Shown: positions 13,145 through 24,800 of the stretch, piece after piece | Position numbering within the stretch: position 1 is the first letter of the stretch | Layout: each line of letters opens with the position of its first letter | NCBI RefSeq assembly: GCF_004010195.1 | Contig: NC_057718.1 | Location: 70,899,790 to 70,963,789 of the forward strand | Source of the DNA: Chiloscyllium plagiosum | Lineage: Eukaryota | Reading direction: 5' to 3' | Length of the DNA stretch: 64,000 bases | Notes under the pieces: generated by a model | Databases searched by the model: none | Told to the model about the DNA's origin: nothing | The model's input: the letters and a program-made list of their open reading frames with translations, nothing else | Program-made: the position numbers and the translations under genes

Positions 13145-13637
13145 CCAACCAACCCAACCACCCTGTGGCTCAACACTTCAACTCCCCCTCCCACTCCACC
13201 AAGGATATGCAGGTCTTTGGATTCCTCCAATCGCCAGACCACAACAACACGACGGTTGGAGGAAGAACGCCTCATCTTCCGCCTAGGAACCCTCCAACAC
13301 AAGGGATGAACTCGGATTTCACCAGTTTCCTCATTTCCCCTCCCCCCACCTTGTCTCAGTCAAATCCATCGAACTCAGCACCGCCTTCCTAACCTGCAAT
13401 CTTCTTCCTGACCTCTCCGCCCCCACCCCAGTCTGACCTATCACCCTCACCTTGACCTCTTTCCACCTATCGCATTTCCGACGCCCCTCCCCCAAGTCCC
13501 TCCTCCCTACCTTTTATCTTTGCCTGCTGGACACACTTTCCTCATTCCTGAAGAAGGGCTTATGCCCGAAACGTCGATTCTTCTGTTCCCTGGATGCTGC
13601 CTGACCTGCTGCGCTTTTCCAGCAACACATTTTCAGC
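13145..13637 (+). mobile_element. Penelope-like (Neptune-type) 3' fragment, tail-less
   Basis: HPVAQHFNSPSH...EERLIFRLGTL GIY-YIG C-terminus plus pLTR. Near-identical to 38527-39020 and ends exactly at CATTTTCAGC. Confidence 0.8.
13544..13579 (+). ncRNA. Minimal type I hammerhead ribozyme motif (PLE family N1)
   Basis: ATTC-CTGAAGA-A-GGGC(TTAT)GCCC-GAAA-CGTC-GATT. Confidence 0.7.
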
Positions 13638-14273
13638 AATGTTAATTCAGACCAAGTTAGTAGGTAGGGTTAGTGAGGCGTTTGCAGCGCTGTCAAATGA
13701 GTATCAAGAGATAATGAAGATGTCAAACAAACTATGTTGAGTGTTTACGAATTGGTACCAGAAGCATACAGACAACAGTTCAGAAACATAAAGAAGGAAC
13801 CAGGTCAGACTTATGTTGAGTTTAGAAGAATCAAACATAGCAACTTCGATAAATGGGTGACAGCATTAAAGATAGAGAAGACATGAAGATTGTACAGAGG
13901 TTATTCTGCTGGAGGTGTTTAAAAACTCACTTCCAGAGATGATAAGAACTCATAGCAGAAAATTCAAATAGCAAGAATAGCTGCAGAAATGGCGGATGAA
14001 TACGCTTTACTGCATAAATCGAAATTTAGCTTCTGACAGCAAGTTGATTCCATGAGAGGTAGAAATTGGCTAAAAGGGAGATCCTTCAAAGAGAAGTAAA
14101 AAAATAGATTGCACTGATAACAGTTTACCATGTGAAAAAAACATGTTTTCACTGCAATAAGGTATGATACACAAGTCACAGTACTGGTAGTTTAAGAAAG
14201 GCACTGGGAAAAAGGATATGGAAAAAAGGCTAAACCAGTGGGATTAGATGAGTTAGTGAAGAAAATTCCAAAA

Positions 14274-15610
14274 GAACATAGAACAATACAGCACAGTACA
14301 GGCCCTTTAGGCCCTCCCCTATACCTTTCTCTAATCACTTTAAAATTATGCCCCCTTGTGACAGCCATTTCTGCCCCGAGGAAAAGCCTCTGGCTATCTA
14401 TTCTATCTATGCCTCTCATTACCTTGTACATCTCTATCAAGTCACCTCTCTTCCTTCTTCTCTTCAGTGCGAAAAGCCCTCGCTCACTCAACATCTCTTC
14501 ATAAAATATTCCCTCCAATCCACGCAGCATCCTGTTAAATCTCTGCACCCTCTCTAAAGCATGTATATATTCCTATAATGAGGTGACCAGAACTGGACAC
14601 AATACTCCAAGTATGGTTTTATAGAGCTGCAGCAAAATCTCGTGGCTCTTAAACTCAATCGCCAAAATACCATACGCCTTCTTAACAACCCTATCAACTT
14701 GGGTGGCAACTTTGAGTGATCTATGTACGTGAACCCGAAGATCCGTGTGTTCCTCCACACTGCCAAGAATCCTGCCTTTAACCCTGTATTCAGCATTCAA
14801 ATTCGACCTTCCAAAATGTATCACTTCGCCTTTATCCAGGTTGAACTCCATCTGCCAGTTCTCAGCCCAGCTCTGCATCTTGTCAATGTCCCATTGCAAC
14901 CTACAGCAGCTCTCCACATTGTCCACAACTCCATCAACCTTCGTGTCATTGACAAACTTACTAACCCACCTTTCCAATTCTTCATCCAGGTAATTTATAA
15001 AAACTACAAAGAGCAGAGGCCCAAGAACAGATCCCTGCAGGACACCACAGTCACCTCTAGGCTGAATACTTTCCATCCGTTACCACTTGCTGTCATCTTT
15101 TGGCCAGCCAATTCTGCACCCAGACTGCCAAACTTTCCCTGTATCCTGAATGAGCCTACCGTGGGAAACCTTAACAAATGCCTTATTGAAATCCACATAC
15201 ACCACATCTACTGCTCGACCTTCATCAACTTGTCTCATCATATCCTCAAAGACCTCAATAAGGCTTGTGAGGTATGACCTGCCCCTCACAAAGCCATCCT
15301 GAATATCTTTAATCAAACTATGCTTTTACAAATAGTCATAAATCTCATCTCTCAGAATCATTTCCAGTCCCTTACTTACCACAGGCGCAAGACTGACTGG
15401 TCTGTAATTCCCAGAAATTTGTCTTCCTTTTTTTGAACAGTGGAACAACATTCGCCTCCCTCCAATCATCCGGTATGACCCCCGTGGAGAGATGAAACAA
15501 TATTGCCAGAGGCGAAGCAATCTCATTCCCTGTTTCTCATAGTAACCTTGGATATATCTGGTCCAGCCCTGGGGTCTTATCTACCTTGATGCTGCCCAGA
15601 ATTTCCAACA
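14274..15610 (-). mobile_element. CR1 LINE RT-3' fragment nested in the Gmr1 element
   Basis: QGSVLGPLLF, DFNKAF and TRGHNFK motifs. Confidence 0.85.
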
Positions 15611-15739
15611 CAAGAAGTTGAGTAACTGCAGGAAACTGAATGGCCTCGTCATAGGCTGGATAAGATGGTGTTCAATCTCGACAAAGACCTCAGCTCTGTG
15701 GGCAAGATTTACTCAAGAAGAACACAGGAGAAGGTAAAG

Positions 15740-16008
15740 AAATTAAAATATTGAGAGATAGCAGAGCTGGTCAGTTTCTAACAGTAAGAGGTGAAAACAT
15801 TTGCACTCCTTCTGAAGTATTATCTGAGAGAGTGTTAATATGCGGAATACATGGGGAGAGATTAAGTGTTCCCCTGTGTAAGATAAGGCTGGAAAGTCAA
15901 ATTAGGACTGAGGAAGTAACAATGGGAGTGATTGAAAGAGTGTCTATTCCAGGAATACAGTTTGTTCTTGGAAACAACCTAGCAGGATCAAGGAGATGTC
16001 CCTTGTAG
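15740..16008 (+). pseudogene. Gmr1-like aspartic protease remnant
   Basis: IKILRDSRA (decayed LRDTGA) ... GIQFVLGNNLAG. Confidence 0.7.
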
Positions 16009-16993
16009 TGGAGAAGCCAAAGGCAAACTGGGGAACTGAGGAGCTAAAAGAAAAATACCCTGGAATTTTTCTGGAATATGTGGTAACAAGATCCCATAGT
16101 CATAGCTTAATGCAATAAGTAAAAAAAAACAGAAAGACGAAGGAGTTGAGGTCCAGTTAGCTGACACCCTGTTTGATGAAATGGGAAAGGAAAAGTCTGA
16201 ACAGGTTAAGGACCAGTCAGAGGTGTTTAATTCTGAAAGATTAATGGAGTTACAACAAAAAGAGACAATAAAAGATTTATATCATAAAACCTATTCGGAA
16301 AAGAAATCAGAACCTATTCCAGAATGTTATTATCGTAAGGACAGAATCCTAAAGTGGCAAGTTAGTGCAGAGGAGAAATGGGCGGATGTGCACCAGATTG
16401 TGTTGACATGCAAAGTTTTGCGAGTAGCAAATGAACTACCTGTGGATCATCTCGGAGTAAGGAAGACTCAGGCTAAGATACAAAAGCATTTTTATTGGCC
16501 TGGATTACATAAGGATGTAGTTGAATTTTGTCATATTGTCATTCATGTCAAATGGTAAAAAGCCACAGGGAGTAATAAAATCAGCACCTTTAATGCCAAT
16601 TCCTGCATTTAAAGAATCCTTCACACAGATTATGATTGATTGTGTAGGTCCCCTCTCTAAACCAAAAGTGGGAACCAACATTTCCTAACCACATTGAATG
16701 TATCTACCAGATTTGCAGAGGCAATTCCATTACGGAATGACAAGGCAAAAAAGGTAGTGGATAAGTTGTTTGCTTTCTTTACCCATTATGCACTACCCAA
16801 GGAGATTCAGTCAGACCAAGGGTCCAACCTTACTGACAAACTATTTAAGGAGGTCACAGATAGTTTAAGCATGCAACACTTTAAATCAAATTCTGAATCC
16901 CAGGGAGGATTGGAAAAGTGGCATCAGACCCCAGATACCACACTAAGGCTTTATTGCCAGAATTACCCAACTGATTGAGAAAAAGGTACCCCT

Positions 16994-17737
16994 TGTTATG
17001 ACACACTGGTGAACACTGATGCTAATTAAATCAAACACCTAGAAAAGCTCACCTCGCCTGGTAATCTGTTAAAATATGAGTAACAGAGAACTTCCAAATT
17101 CCACTATTTAAACAAAATAAAATCCAATTTATTTTTTAACACTAAAAGTGAACATTAAACAACAACTATTCACAACTCTAAGCCCCCCTTCTCTTAACTG
17201 CTTATTATCTGCCTCCAGCTCGATAACAATAGACTCTTCCAATAAAACACTTAGTAAAATTATATCAACTTAATTTCAAATTCATACAGCAGCTGTCATC
17301 TTTGTGTCTGTCTTCTTCTGACTGAGGTTCTCCCTGGGTTGTCCTCTTTCTTTTACTGCAAATATGTTTCCTATGAAAAGGTACCTTTGATCGAGAGTGT
17401 TTCATTGTTCAGGGTCTCTCTCAATGGCAGTTACTCTATCTGATTTTCAAAATTTTAGCCTTTTTTATATCTCCAACATCAGATCATCTCATTGATTCGA
17501 TGTTGGCAAAACAATAAATTCAAATTCAACTGGGTTTTAGTATCCTCGGGCATAATTGAAACTGGATAAATTTGAATTGTTGTCAAAACAGCAACCAATT
17601 TGGTTATATATTTCACAGCCAAATGTTACATTTTTTCAATTTTCCAGTATACTTTATGATTGCTCTTGTAAGCTCTCAGTGCAGGACAGCATTCACTCTC
17701 TCTTAAAGGTACAGTACACACCCTCAATTTCATAACA
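16994..17737 (-). mobile_element. Solo LTR inserted antisense into the Gmr1 integrase
   Basis: TGTTATG...CATAACA termini, TSD CCCT/CCAT. The host frame rejoins as KGTPFILFAI. Confidence 0.85.
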
Positions 17738-17820
17738 CCATTTATTTTGTTTGCTATTGGAGATGTTCCAAATTTGAAAATCAGATGCTATTGACAGAGA
17801 CCTTAAACATTGAAACACTC

Positions 17821-18079
17821 TTTTAGATTAGATTACTTACAGTGTGGAAACAGGCCTTTCGGCCCAACAAGTCCACACCNNNNNNNNNNNNNNNNNNNNN
17901 NNNNNNNNNNNNNNNNNNNNNNNNNNGACATGCACATTTTTGGACTGTGGGAGGAAACCGGAGCACCCGGAGGAAACCCACGCAGACACGGGGAGAATGT
18001 GCAAACTCCACACAATCAGTCGCCTGGGGCGGGAATTGAACCTGGGTCTCTGGCGCTCGGAGGCAGCAGTGTTAACCAT
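17821..18079 (-). mobile_element. HE1 SINE (contains an N gap)
   Basis: Tail, V-domain and partial head. Confidence 0.85.
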
Positions 18080-18654
18080 GAAACATATTGAAATGAATTG
18101 ACTCCATTTGAGTTGATATTTGGGCATGAAGTAAGAGGGCTTTTAAAATTAATCAAAACAAAGTTGATAGGTCTGAAGTCATAGATCTCAAAATTGGATT
18201 ATGTAGGAGGTGAGAGAAAGATTAAACAGAGTAGGTGAATTAGCTAGACAATATCTGAAGGTGGCACATTATCTCATAAAACAAGAAGCATATGAGAATT
18301 CTAAAATTTGTACATTTACCCATGGGAATAAAGTATCAGTGCTGTTATCAGTAGTAAAGTTTAGTGGTACCTATCAGATTGAGAAGAAGTTAAGTCAGGT
18401 TGATGATCTGATAAAGACGCAGATCAGAAAAAAAATCATCAGGTATATTATTTGAATATACTGAAAACTTACTATGACAGGGACAGGGAACTGGAGAAAC
18501 AGGTATTATTAGTTCCTGCCCCTCAGAGTGATGCGCCTCATAATAAATTAAATAATGAGGAAGCCCTTCAAGAATGGGATAGGTTAGTGAGTTCTCTGTC
18601 TCAGGATCAGAGAAATGAATTTAAAGGCTTGTTGCAGCAATATGAGGACATACA

Positions 18655-19797
18655 CCATACCAATCTGAAGCCCATGTAACCTACAATATTCCATGTACGC
18701 CCATATGTTTGTCCAATGACGACTTGTATGCACTTAAAGTTGGTGAATCTACTACCGTTGCAGGCAAAGCATTCCATACCCTTACTACTCTCTGAGTTAT
18801 CTAACCCTCTGATTATCTTATATGTCTCTATTAAGTCACCTCTCAACCTTCTTCTCTCCAACGAAAACAGCCTCAAGTCCCTCAGCCTTTCCTCGTAAGA
18901 TCTTCCCTCCATACCAGGCAACATCCTGGTAAATCTCCTCTGCACCCTTTCCAAAGCTTCCACATCCTTCTTATAATGTGGTGACCAGAATTGTACACAA
19001 TGCTCCAAGTGCGGCAGCACCAGAGTTTTGTACAGCTGTAGCATAACCTCATGGTTCCGGAACTCGATCCCTCTATTAATAAAAGTTAAAACAATGTACG
19101 CCTTCTTAACAACCCTGTCAACCTGGGTGGCAACTTTCAAGGATCTGTGTACATGGACACCGAGATCTCTCTGCTCATCTACACTACCAAGAATCTTACC
19201 ATTAGCCCAGTACTTTGCATTCCGGTTACTCCGGCCAAAGTGAATCACCTCACACTTGTCCGCATTAAACTCCATTTGCCACCTCTCAGCCCAGCTCTGC
19301 AGTTTATCTATGTCTCTCTGTAACCTACAACATCCTTCGTCACTATCCACAATTCCACCGACCTTAGTGTCGTCTGCGAATTTACTAACCCACCCTTCTA
19401 CGCCCTCATCCAGGTCATTTATAAAAATGACGAACAGCAGTGGACCCAACACCAACCCTTGCTGTACACCACTAGTAACTAGACTCCAGGATGAACATTT
19501 CCCATCATACTCTACATTTTACTATCATTCATGTGGCTACCACCACCTTCTGTCTTCTTTCAGCAAGCCAATTACTGATCCAAACTGCTACATCTCCCAT
19601 ATCCCATTCCTCCACATTTTGTACAATAGCCTTATCAAACGCTTTGCTGAAATCCATATACATCACATCAACCGGTTTACTCTCATCTACCTGTTTGGTC
19701 ACCTTCTCAAAGAACTCAATAAGGTTTGTGAGGCACGACCTAACCTTCACAAAACCGTGCTGACTATCCCTAATCAAATAATTCTTTTCTAGATGAT
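18655..19797 (-). mobile_element. Relatively young CR1 LINE RT-3' fragment
   Basis: Long open RT frame within ORF 18607-19455 containing LGPLLF and FADD. Confidence 0.9.
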
Positions 19798-19869
19798 ATG
19801 GAATGAGATACAGTGGAAGTGATTCAGGTGCGTACATTAACACCATTTAAAAGACATTAAACAAATAAT

Positions 19870-20347
19870 GACTTAATAGAGGTGAACAAGATGAAGAGAG
19901 GCATAGATAGAGTGGATAGCCAGAGACTTTTTCCGAAGGCTGAAATGGCTATCATGAGGGGGCACAGTTTTAAGGTGATTGGAACAAGGTTTAGGGGAGA
20001 TGTCAGATGTAGGTTCTTTACACAAAGAGTGGTGGGTGCATGGAATGCACTGTCAGTAGTGGTAGTACAGTCAGACACATAGGGACATTTATGCGGCTCC
20101 TGGATAGCCACATGGATGATAGTAAAATGTAGAGTATGTAGGTTAGTTTGATCTTACAGTAGGAGAAAAGATCGGCACAACATCAAGGGTCGAAGGGCCT
20201 CTGCTGTGCTGAAAATAAAATACATGGAATAGAAAGATTTCGAAGGATATGGGCCAAGTACAAGGAAATGGGGATAGCATTTTGGTTGGCATGGACCAGT
20301 TTGGGCAGAAGGGCATACCTCCGTGCTGTAGGACTCTATGACTCTAC
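19870..20347 (+). mobile_element. Two CR1 3'-end fragments
   Basis: RGHSFKV...FFTQRVVGAWN motif and tails. Confidence 0.75.
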
Positions 20348-20349
20348 AA

Positions 20350-21524
20350 GATATCACTGAGCCGGGTCAAAGTGAGTAGAGTTCGCTGATCATGTTGATT
20401 CCCAAACCTGATGGTACTCAAACAAATCTGCGTGGATTATTAGAAGATCAATGCCGTAACCAAATTCGACTCATACCCAATTCCATGACTGGAGGACTGT
20501 GTAGAAAAGGTTGGACAAGCCACTTACATCACAAAGTTGGACGTATCTTATGGTTACTCTTTGTTGGAGAGAGCTAACAAAGTTTCTGCATTTGTAACCC
20601 CAAATGGGCTATTATCGATTTAAGTAATGCCCTTTGGAATGAAGAACATACCAGCCACATTTGAAAGATTTATGAACAGAGTTGTGGCAAGATTGACTAA
20701 TTGTACCATCTATATGGATGACTTAGTAATCTTTAACCATTCATGGAAAGATCACATGGTGCATTTGGCAGAGCTCTTTGAAAGATTACATAAGGCAAAT
20801 GTGGTTATAAATTTAGCAAAAATTTGCGAAGGCAGAAGTGACGTTCTTGGGACACAACATTGGACATGAAAGGATGACTCTGAGGAATGTGAAGACGAAG
20901 GCCATCGAGGAATTTCCAAGACCATCCTCAAACAAAAAGATTTTTGAAACTGAGCGGATTTGACCATAACTTTGTTCCAAACTTTAGTAGTACAGTGGCA
21001 CTGCTGACACATTTGCTAAAAAAAAACACAAAGTTTCAGTGGATAGAACAATGTCAGAGGCATTTGAGAATTTAAAAGCCATGTTAACCACCATACTAGC
21101 TTCAGCTATACTAAATTTCTTGAAATTTAGTTACAATAATTGAAATTTAGTTGAAAGTTGCAATCGATGCAAGCGATGTAGGGTTGGAGCTATGTTGATG
21201 CAGGAGGGTGATTTAGAATTGAAAGGTCAAATTGGTTATTTTTTAAAAAAAAACCTCAATATCCATCAGAGAAAATATTCCACCATTGAAAAAGAATTAT
21301 TGTGTTTGGTACTAGTGTTACAACATTTTAATGTTTATGTTACGAACAAAACACCAGAGATAGTTGTATATACTGACCACAACCCTCTGACCTTTTTGGA
21401 AAGATTTAAGGACAAGAATATGAGACTATTTTGTTGGAGTTTTATGTTAGAAGCATTTAATTTACAAAGTGGACATGTTGCATTTCATAAAAACATTATT
21501 GCAGATGCGTTATCACGGGTTTAA
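20350..21524 (+). pseudogene. Gmr1-like reverse transcriptase + RNase H remnant
   Basis: LIPKPDG, MPFGMKN and YMDD (RT); DAS, YSTIEKELL, VYTDHNPL and NIIADALSR (gypsy RNase H). Confidence 0.85.
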
Positions 21525-22129
21525 AAGAAAATTTGTAGATAATATAGAACTGGAAGGGTTCAATATTTTATATGTAATATATATGCAGAATTAATATGAA
21601 ATGTGTAACTTTAGATTACTGACCTATGTATCTTGTGATGATGGTGTTAAGATTTAGAGAAAAAAGGAAGCCATCTTTTCATAATGATGGTTCTTTTTTT
21701 TCTTAAGAGTCTAAGTTTAATTTAGTTTTCTTATTACTTGGATTTATATAAGTGGGACTTGTGTTTATTGGAATAGTATACCAGTAGAATTTTGTTCAGT
21801 TAGGGAATACTTAGTGGTTAGGGGGAATTATTCAGTTTGTTAGTATTGTTAACTATTAGGGTTAATAAATAAATAGTTACTTGTTGCTTATAAAGTGAGT
21901 ATCAGGGATTTCTTTCATTTAACCACTCCTTTATAACAGATTAGGGGTGAGAGGCAGGTTAGTTTCACATTTCCTTTAACAGATTGTGCGGTGAAGTGAG
22001 CTTCTCTGGGCATTTCAGTTTTTATTATCAGAGGGATTTGACTTCCCCTTCATAACAACACAGTACTCAAGTTGTTGCCTGACCAATATTTCATACAGTT
22101 AACTTCCCTGCTCTTAAACTTTTGGCTAT

Positions 22130-23165
22130 AGAGTAAGGATAGTGATGAACGGCCTGCATTTGGATAATTAGTGTAAAGGACAGCGAAGGGAAAGACGTCC
22201 TAGAACATGTTTAGGAAAATAGTCCAATATGAAAGGAAGCACTATATTGCACCTTGTTCTTGGAGATGAAGTGAATCAAGTGTCAGGAGAACGTTCAGGC
22301 CGCAGTAAACATTTAGGTAGGTTATGAGGAAGGATAGATAACAATCCAGAGTGAAAATAATTAACTGGGGTTAATTGGTACAAAAGGTTGGCAGGACATA
22401 TGGCAATAGATTCTTTAAAAGGAGAGAATTTATGCGCAGATAATATTTACACTTGGGAAGGTAGGACAAACAAATCTCAGCTCCCAGATGAGGAAAGAAA
22501 TAGACATTAACATGAAGAAAATGTATTCTTATGACAGGTGTCAAGTGGATAACACAGATGGGAACTGTGCTAAATATATTCAGAGTTCAGACAGGAAATC
22601 AGAGAGATCTTCCACCGTCATAAATTTAGTAAAAAGGTTGAAAAGAAATCAGGATAGGGACATTAAGGGACCAAAAAACAGATTCGACCGTGGAGTCAGG
22701 GCACACAGCAGTTAGTAAATGAATCAAGATAATAAGAATTAGGAAGGAAGTATGTCCTTGAGACTGCTTCACCATTCATTAAGATCATGACTGAACCAGT
22801 ATTCCCCATGCCCACTTTTATCATAACCCTTAATTCCTGTATTGATTAAGAATCTATTTACCTCAGCCTTAAAGACTCACAAGTACTCTGACCTCCAGCT
22901 CTCTCTGCAAGGAGTTCCAAAGATTTTCATACCTCAGAAGAAATGCTTCCTTGTCTTAGTTTTCAATAGGCGCCCTTTATTCCGAGGTCTCTGGTCCTAG
23001 ACTCACCCACAATGGGAAACATCCTCTCAGTATTTATTCTGTTAAGCCTCTTAAGAATCCTACATGTTTCAAAGAGCTCAACTCTTATTCTTCTAAACTT
23101 CACTGAGTAAACTCCCAACCTGTTTAATAGACAATCCCTCAATACCAGTGACATTCTAGTGAACC
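22130..23165. mobile_element. Old CR1 fragments (plus strand, then minus-strand 3' end)
   Basis: Degenerate endonuclease-linker sequence; MFPIVGESRTR 3' motif on the minus strand. Confidence 0.55.
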
Positions 23166-23166
23166 T

Positions 23167-23418
23167 TTTTAGATTAGATTACTTTACAGTGTGGAAACAG
23201 GCCCTTCGGCCCAACAAGTCCACACCGACCCGCCGAAGCGCAAACCACCCATACCCCTACATTTACCCCTTACCTAAGGCTACGGACAATTTAACATGGC
23301 CAATTCACCTAACCTGCACATCTTTGGACTGTGGGAGGAAACCGGAGCACCCGGAGGAAACCCACGCAGACACGGGGAGAATGTGCAAACTCCACACAGT
23401 CAGTCGCCTGAGGCGGGA
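23167..23418 (-). mobile_element. HE1 SINE running into an assembly gap
   Basis: Tail and V-domain; N run from 23419. Confidence 0.85.
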
Positions 23419-24091
23419 NNNNNNNNNNNNNNNNNNNNNNNNNNNNNNNNNNNNNNNNNNNNNNNNNNNNNNNNNNNNNNNNNNNNNNNNNNNNNNNNNN
23501 NNNNNNNNNNNNNNNNNNNNNNNNNNNNNNNNNNNNNNNNNNNNNNNNNNNNNNNNNNNNNNNNNNNNNNNNNNNNNNNNNNNNNNNNNNNNNNNNNNNN
23601 NNNNNNNNNNNNNNNNNNNNNNNNNNNNNNNNNNNNNNNNNNNNNNNNNNNNNNNNNNNNNNNNNNNNNNNNNNNNNNNNNNNNNNNNNNNNNNNNNNNN
23701 NNNNNNNNNNNNNNNNNNNNNNNNNNNNNNNNNNNNNNNNNNNNNNNNNNNNNNNNNNNNNNNNNNNNNNNNNNNNNNNNNNNNNNNNNNNNNNNNNNNN
23801 NNNNNNNNNNNNNNNNNNNNNNNNNNNNNNNNNNNNNNNNNNNNNNNNNNNNNNNNNNNNNNNNNNNNNNNNNNNNNNNNNNNNNNNNNNNNNNNNNNNN
23901 NNNNNNNNNNNNNNNNNNNNNNNNNNNNNNNNNNNNNNNNNNNNNNNNNNNNNNNNNNNNNNNNNNNNNNNNNNNNNNNNNNNNNNNNNNNNNNNNNNNN
24001 NNNNNNNNNNNNNNNNNNNNNNNNNNNNNNNNNNNNNNNNNNNNNNNNNNNNNNNNNNNNNNNNNNNNNNNNNNNNNNNNNNNNNNNNNNN

Positions 24092-24800
24092 TGCCCTGCT
24101 CCAACCTCCCCAAGTCTCCATCTATAAATCTCCCAATACCTTCCCACAACAATTCTCTACCCCACTCCTCAGAATCCCCTCACCTTCATAATTCACCTTT
24201 CTCCCCGAAAATACCCTCATCACCTGATTCCTTCCTCCCCAACAAATCCCTTCATCCTTAGAAACTCTTTCCTCCATGGCATACCTTCCTAATGTCATTT
24301 GGCTCCTCGAGCCTGCTTCACCATTCATTAAGATAATGACTTACTTACAAGTCCCCCATCACCTTCTCCCACTCCTCCAAACCCTCCCAATTCTGCAATC
24401 ATATCTCCTTCCCAATCCCCACATCCATTTGCACCCTAATCTCTCAATCTCAATTCTTCCCACAGTCCTGTTACACCCCAACCTCCCCCTTCCCTGCAAT
24501 CCCCTTGTCTCCCCACGTCTCCTGTTCCCAATGTTGCAATACAACTCATCTCCCCAACTAATCCTGCAACGTTCATCACCCTCCCAATATCCCCGCCACT
24601 GCCTCCAATCCCACAATCTTCCCCCATCTCTATACCCCAATTCTGCAATCCCCAACAATCTCTGCGCCCACAACCTCAATTGTGCCCACTCATTCACACA
24701 ATGCCCTCATCTCCCCAACAATCCTAAATACCCTATTGTTGCCCCCTCGCACACCTTGCAACATCCCTATCTTCCAAATCAAGCAATCCACAAAATTCCT
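24092..24800 (+). repeat. C-rich cryptic low-complexity repeat
   Basis: Recurrent CCCCAAT / CTGCAATCCC / CCCACAA words and strong C/G skew. Confidence 0.6.

Larger units (their letters stand above)
12571..14270 (+). pseudogene. Gmr1-like gag (SCAN-like capsid, CCHC knuckle), frameshifted
   Basis: LPKFDEKDAEAFFISFEK; YELVPEAYRQQFRN; EVILLEVFKNSLP; CFHCNK near 14143. Interrupted by a PLE at 13145-13637. Confidence 0.75.
16181..18480 (+). pseudogene. Gmr1-like integrase remnant (upstream of RT)
   Basis: HLGVRKT..FYWPGLHKDVVEFC zinc finger; TRFAEAIPLRN; EIQSDQGSN; KFSGTYQI. Interrupted by a solo LTR and an HE1 SINE. Confidence 0.8.
11573..22057 (+). mobile_element. Gmr1-like Ty3/gypsy LTR retrotransposon (degenerate, with nested insertions)
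   Basis: Termini TATTATAAAG (decayed TGTTATGAAG) and CTTCATAACA, with TSD ACAC (11569-11572 / 22058-22061) splitting a CR1 remnant. Internal domain order is gag-PR-IN-RT-RH. Confidence 0.85.

Noticed and set aside
12218..21985. DIRS-like or DNA-transposon element defined by long inverted terminal repeats
   Set aside because: The interior encodes a DDE integrase and gypsy RT/RH with no tyrosine recombinase. The true ends and TSD lie outside the inverted pair.
23159..24261. Long ORFs (250-320 aa) here and the 413-aa ORF at 58214-59455
   Set aside because: Their length comes from reading through N gaps. The flanks are HE1 SINE, low-complexity or CR1 sequence.
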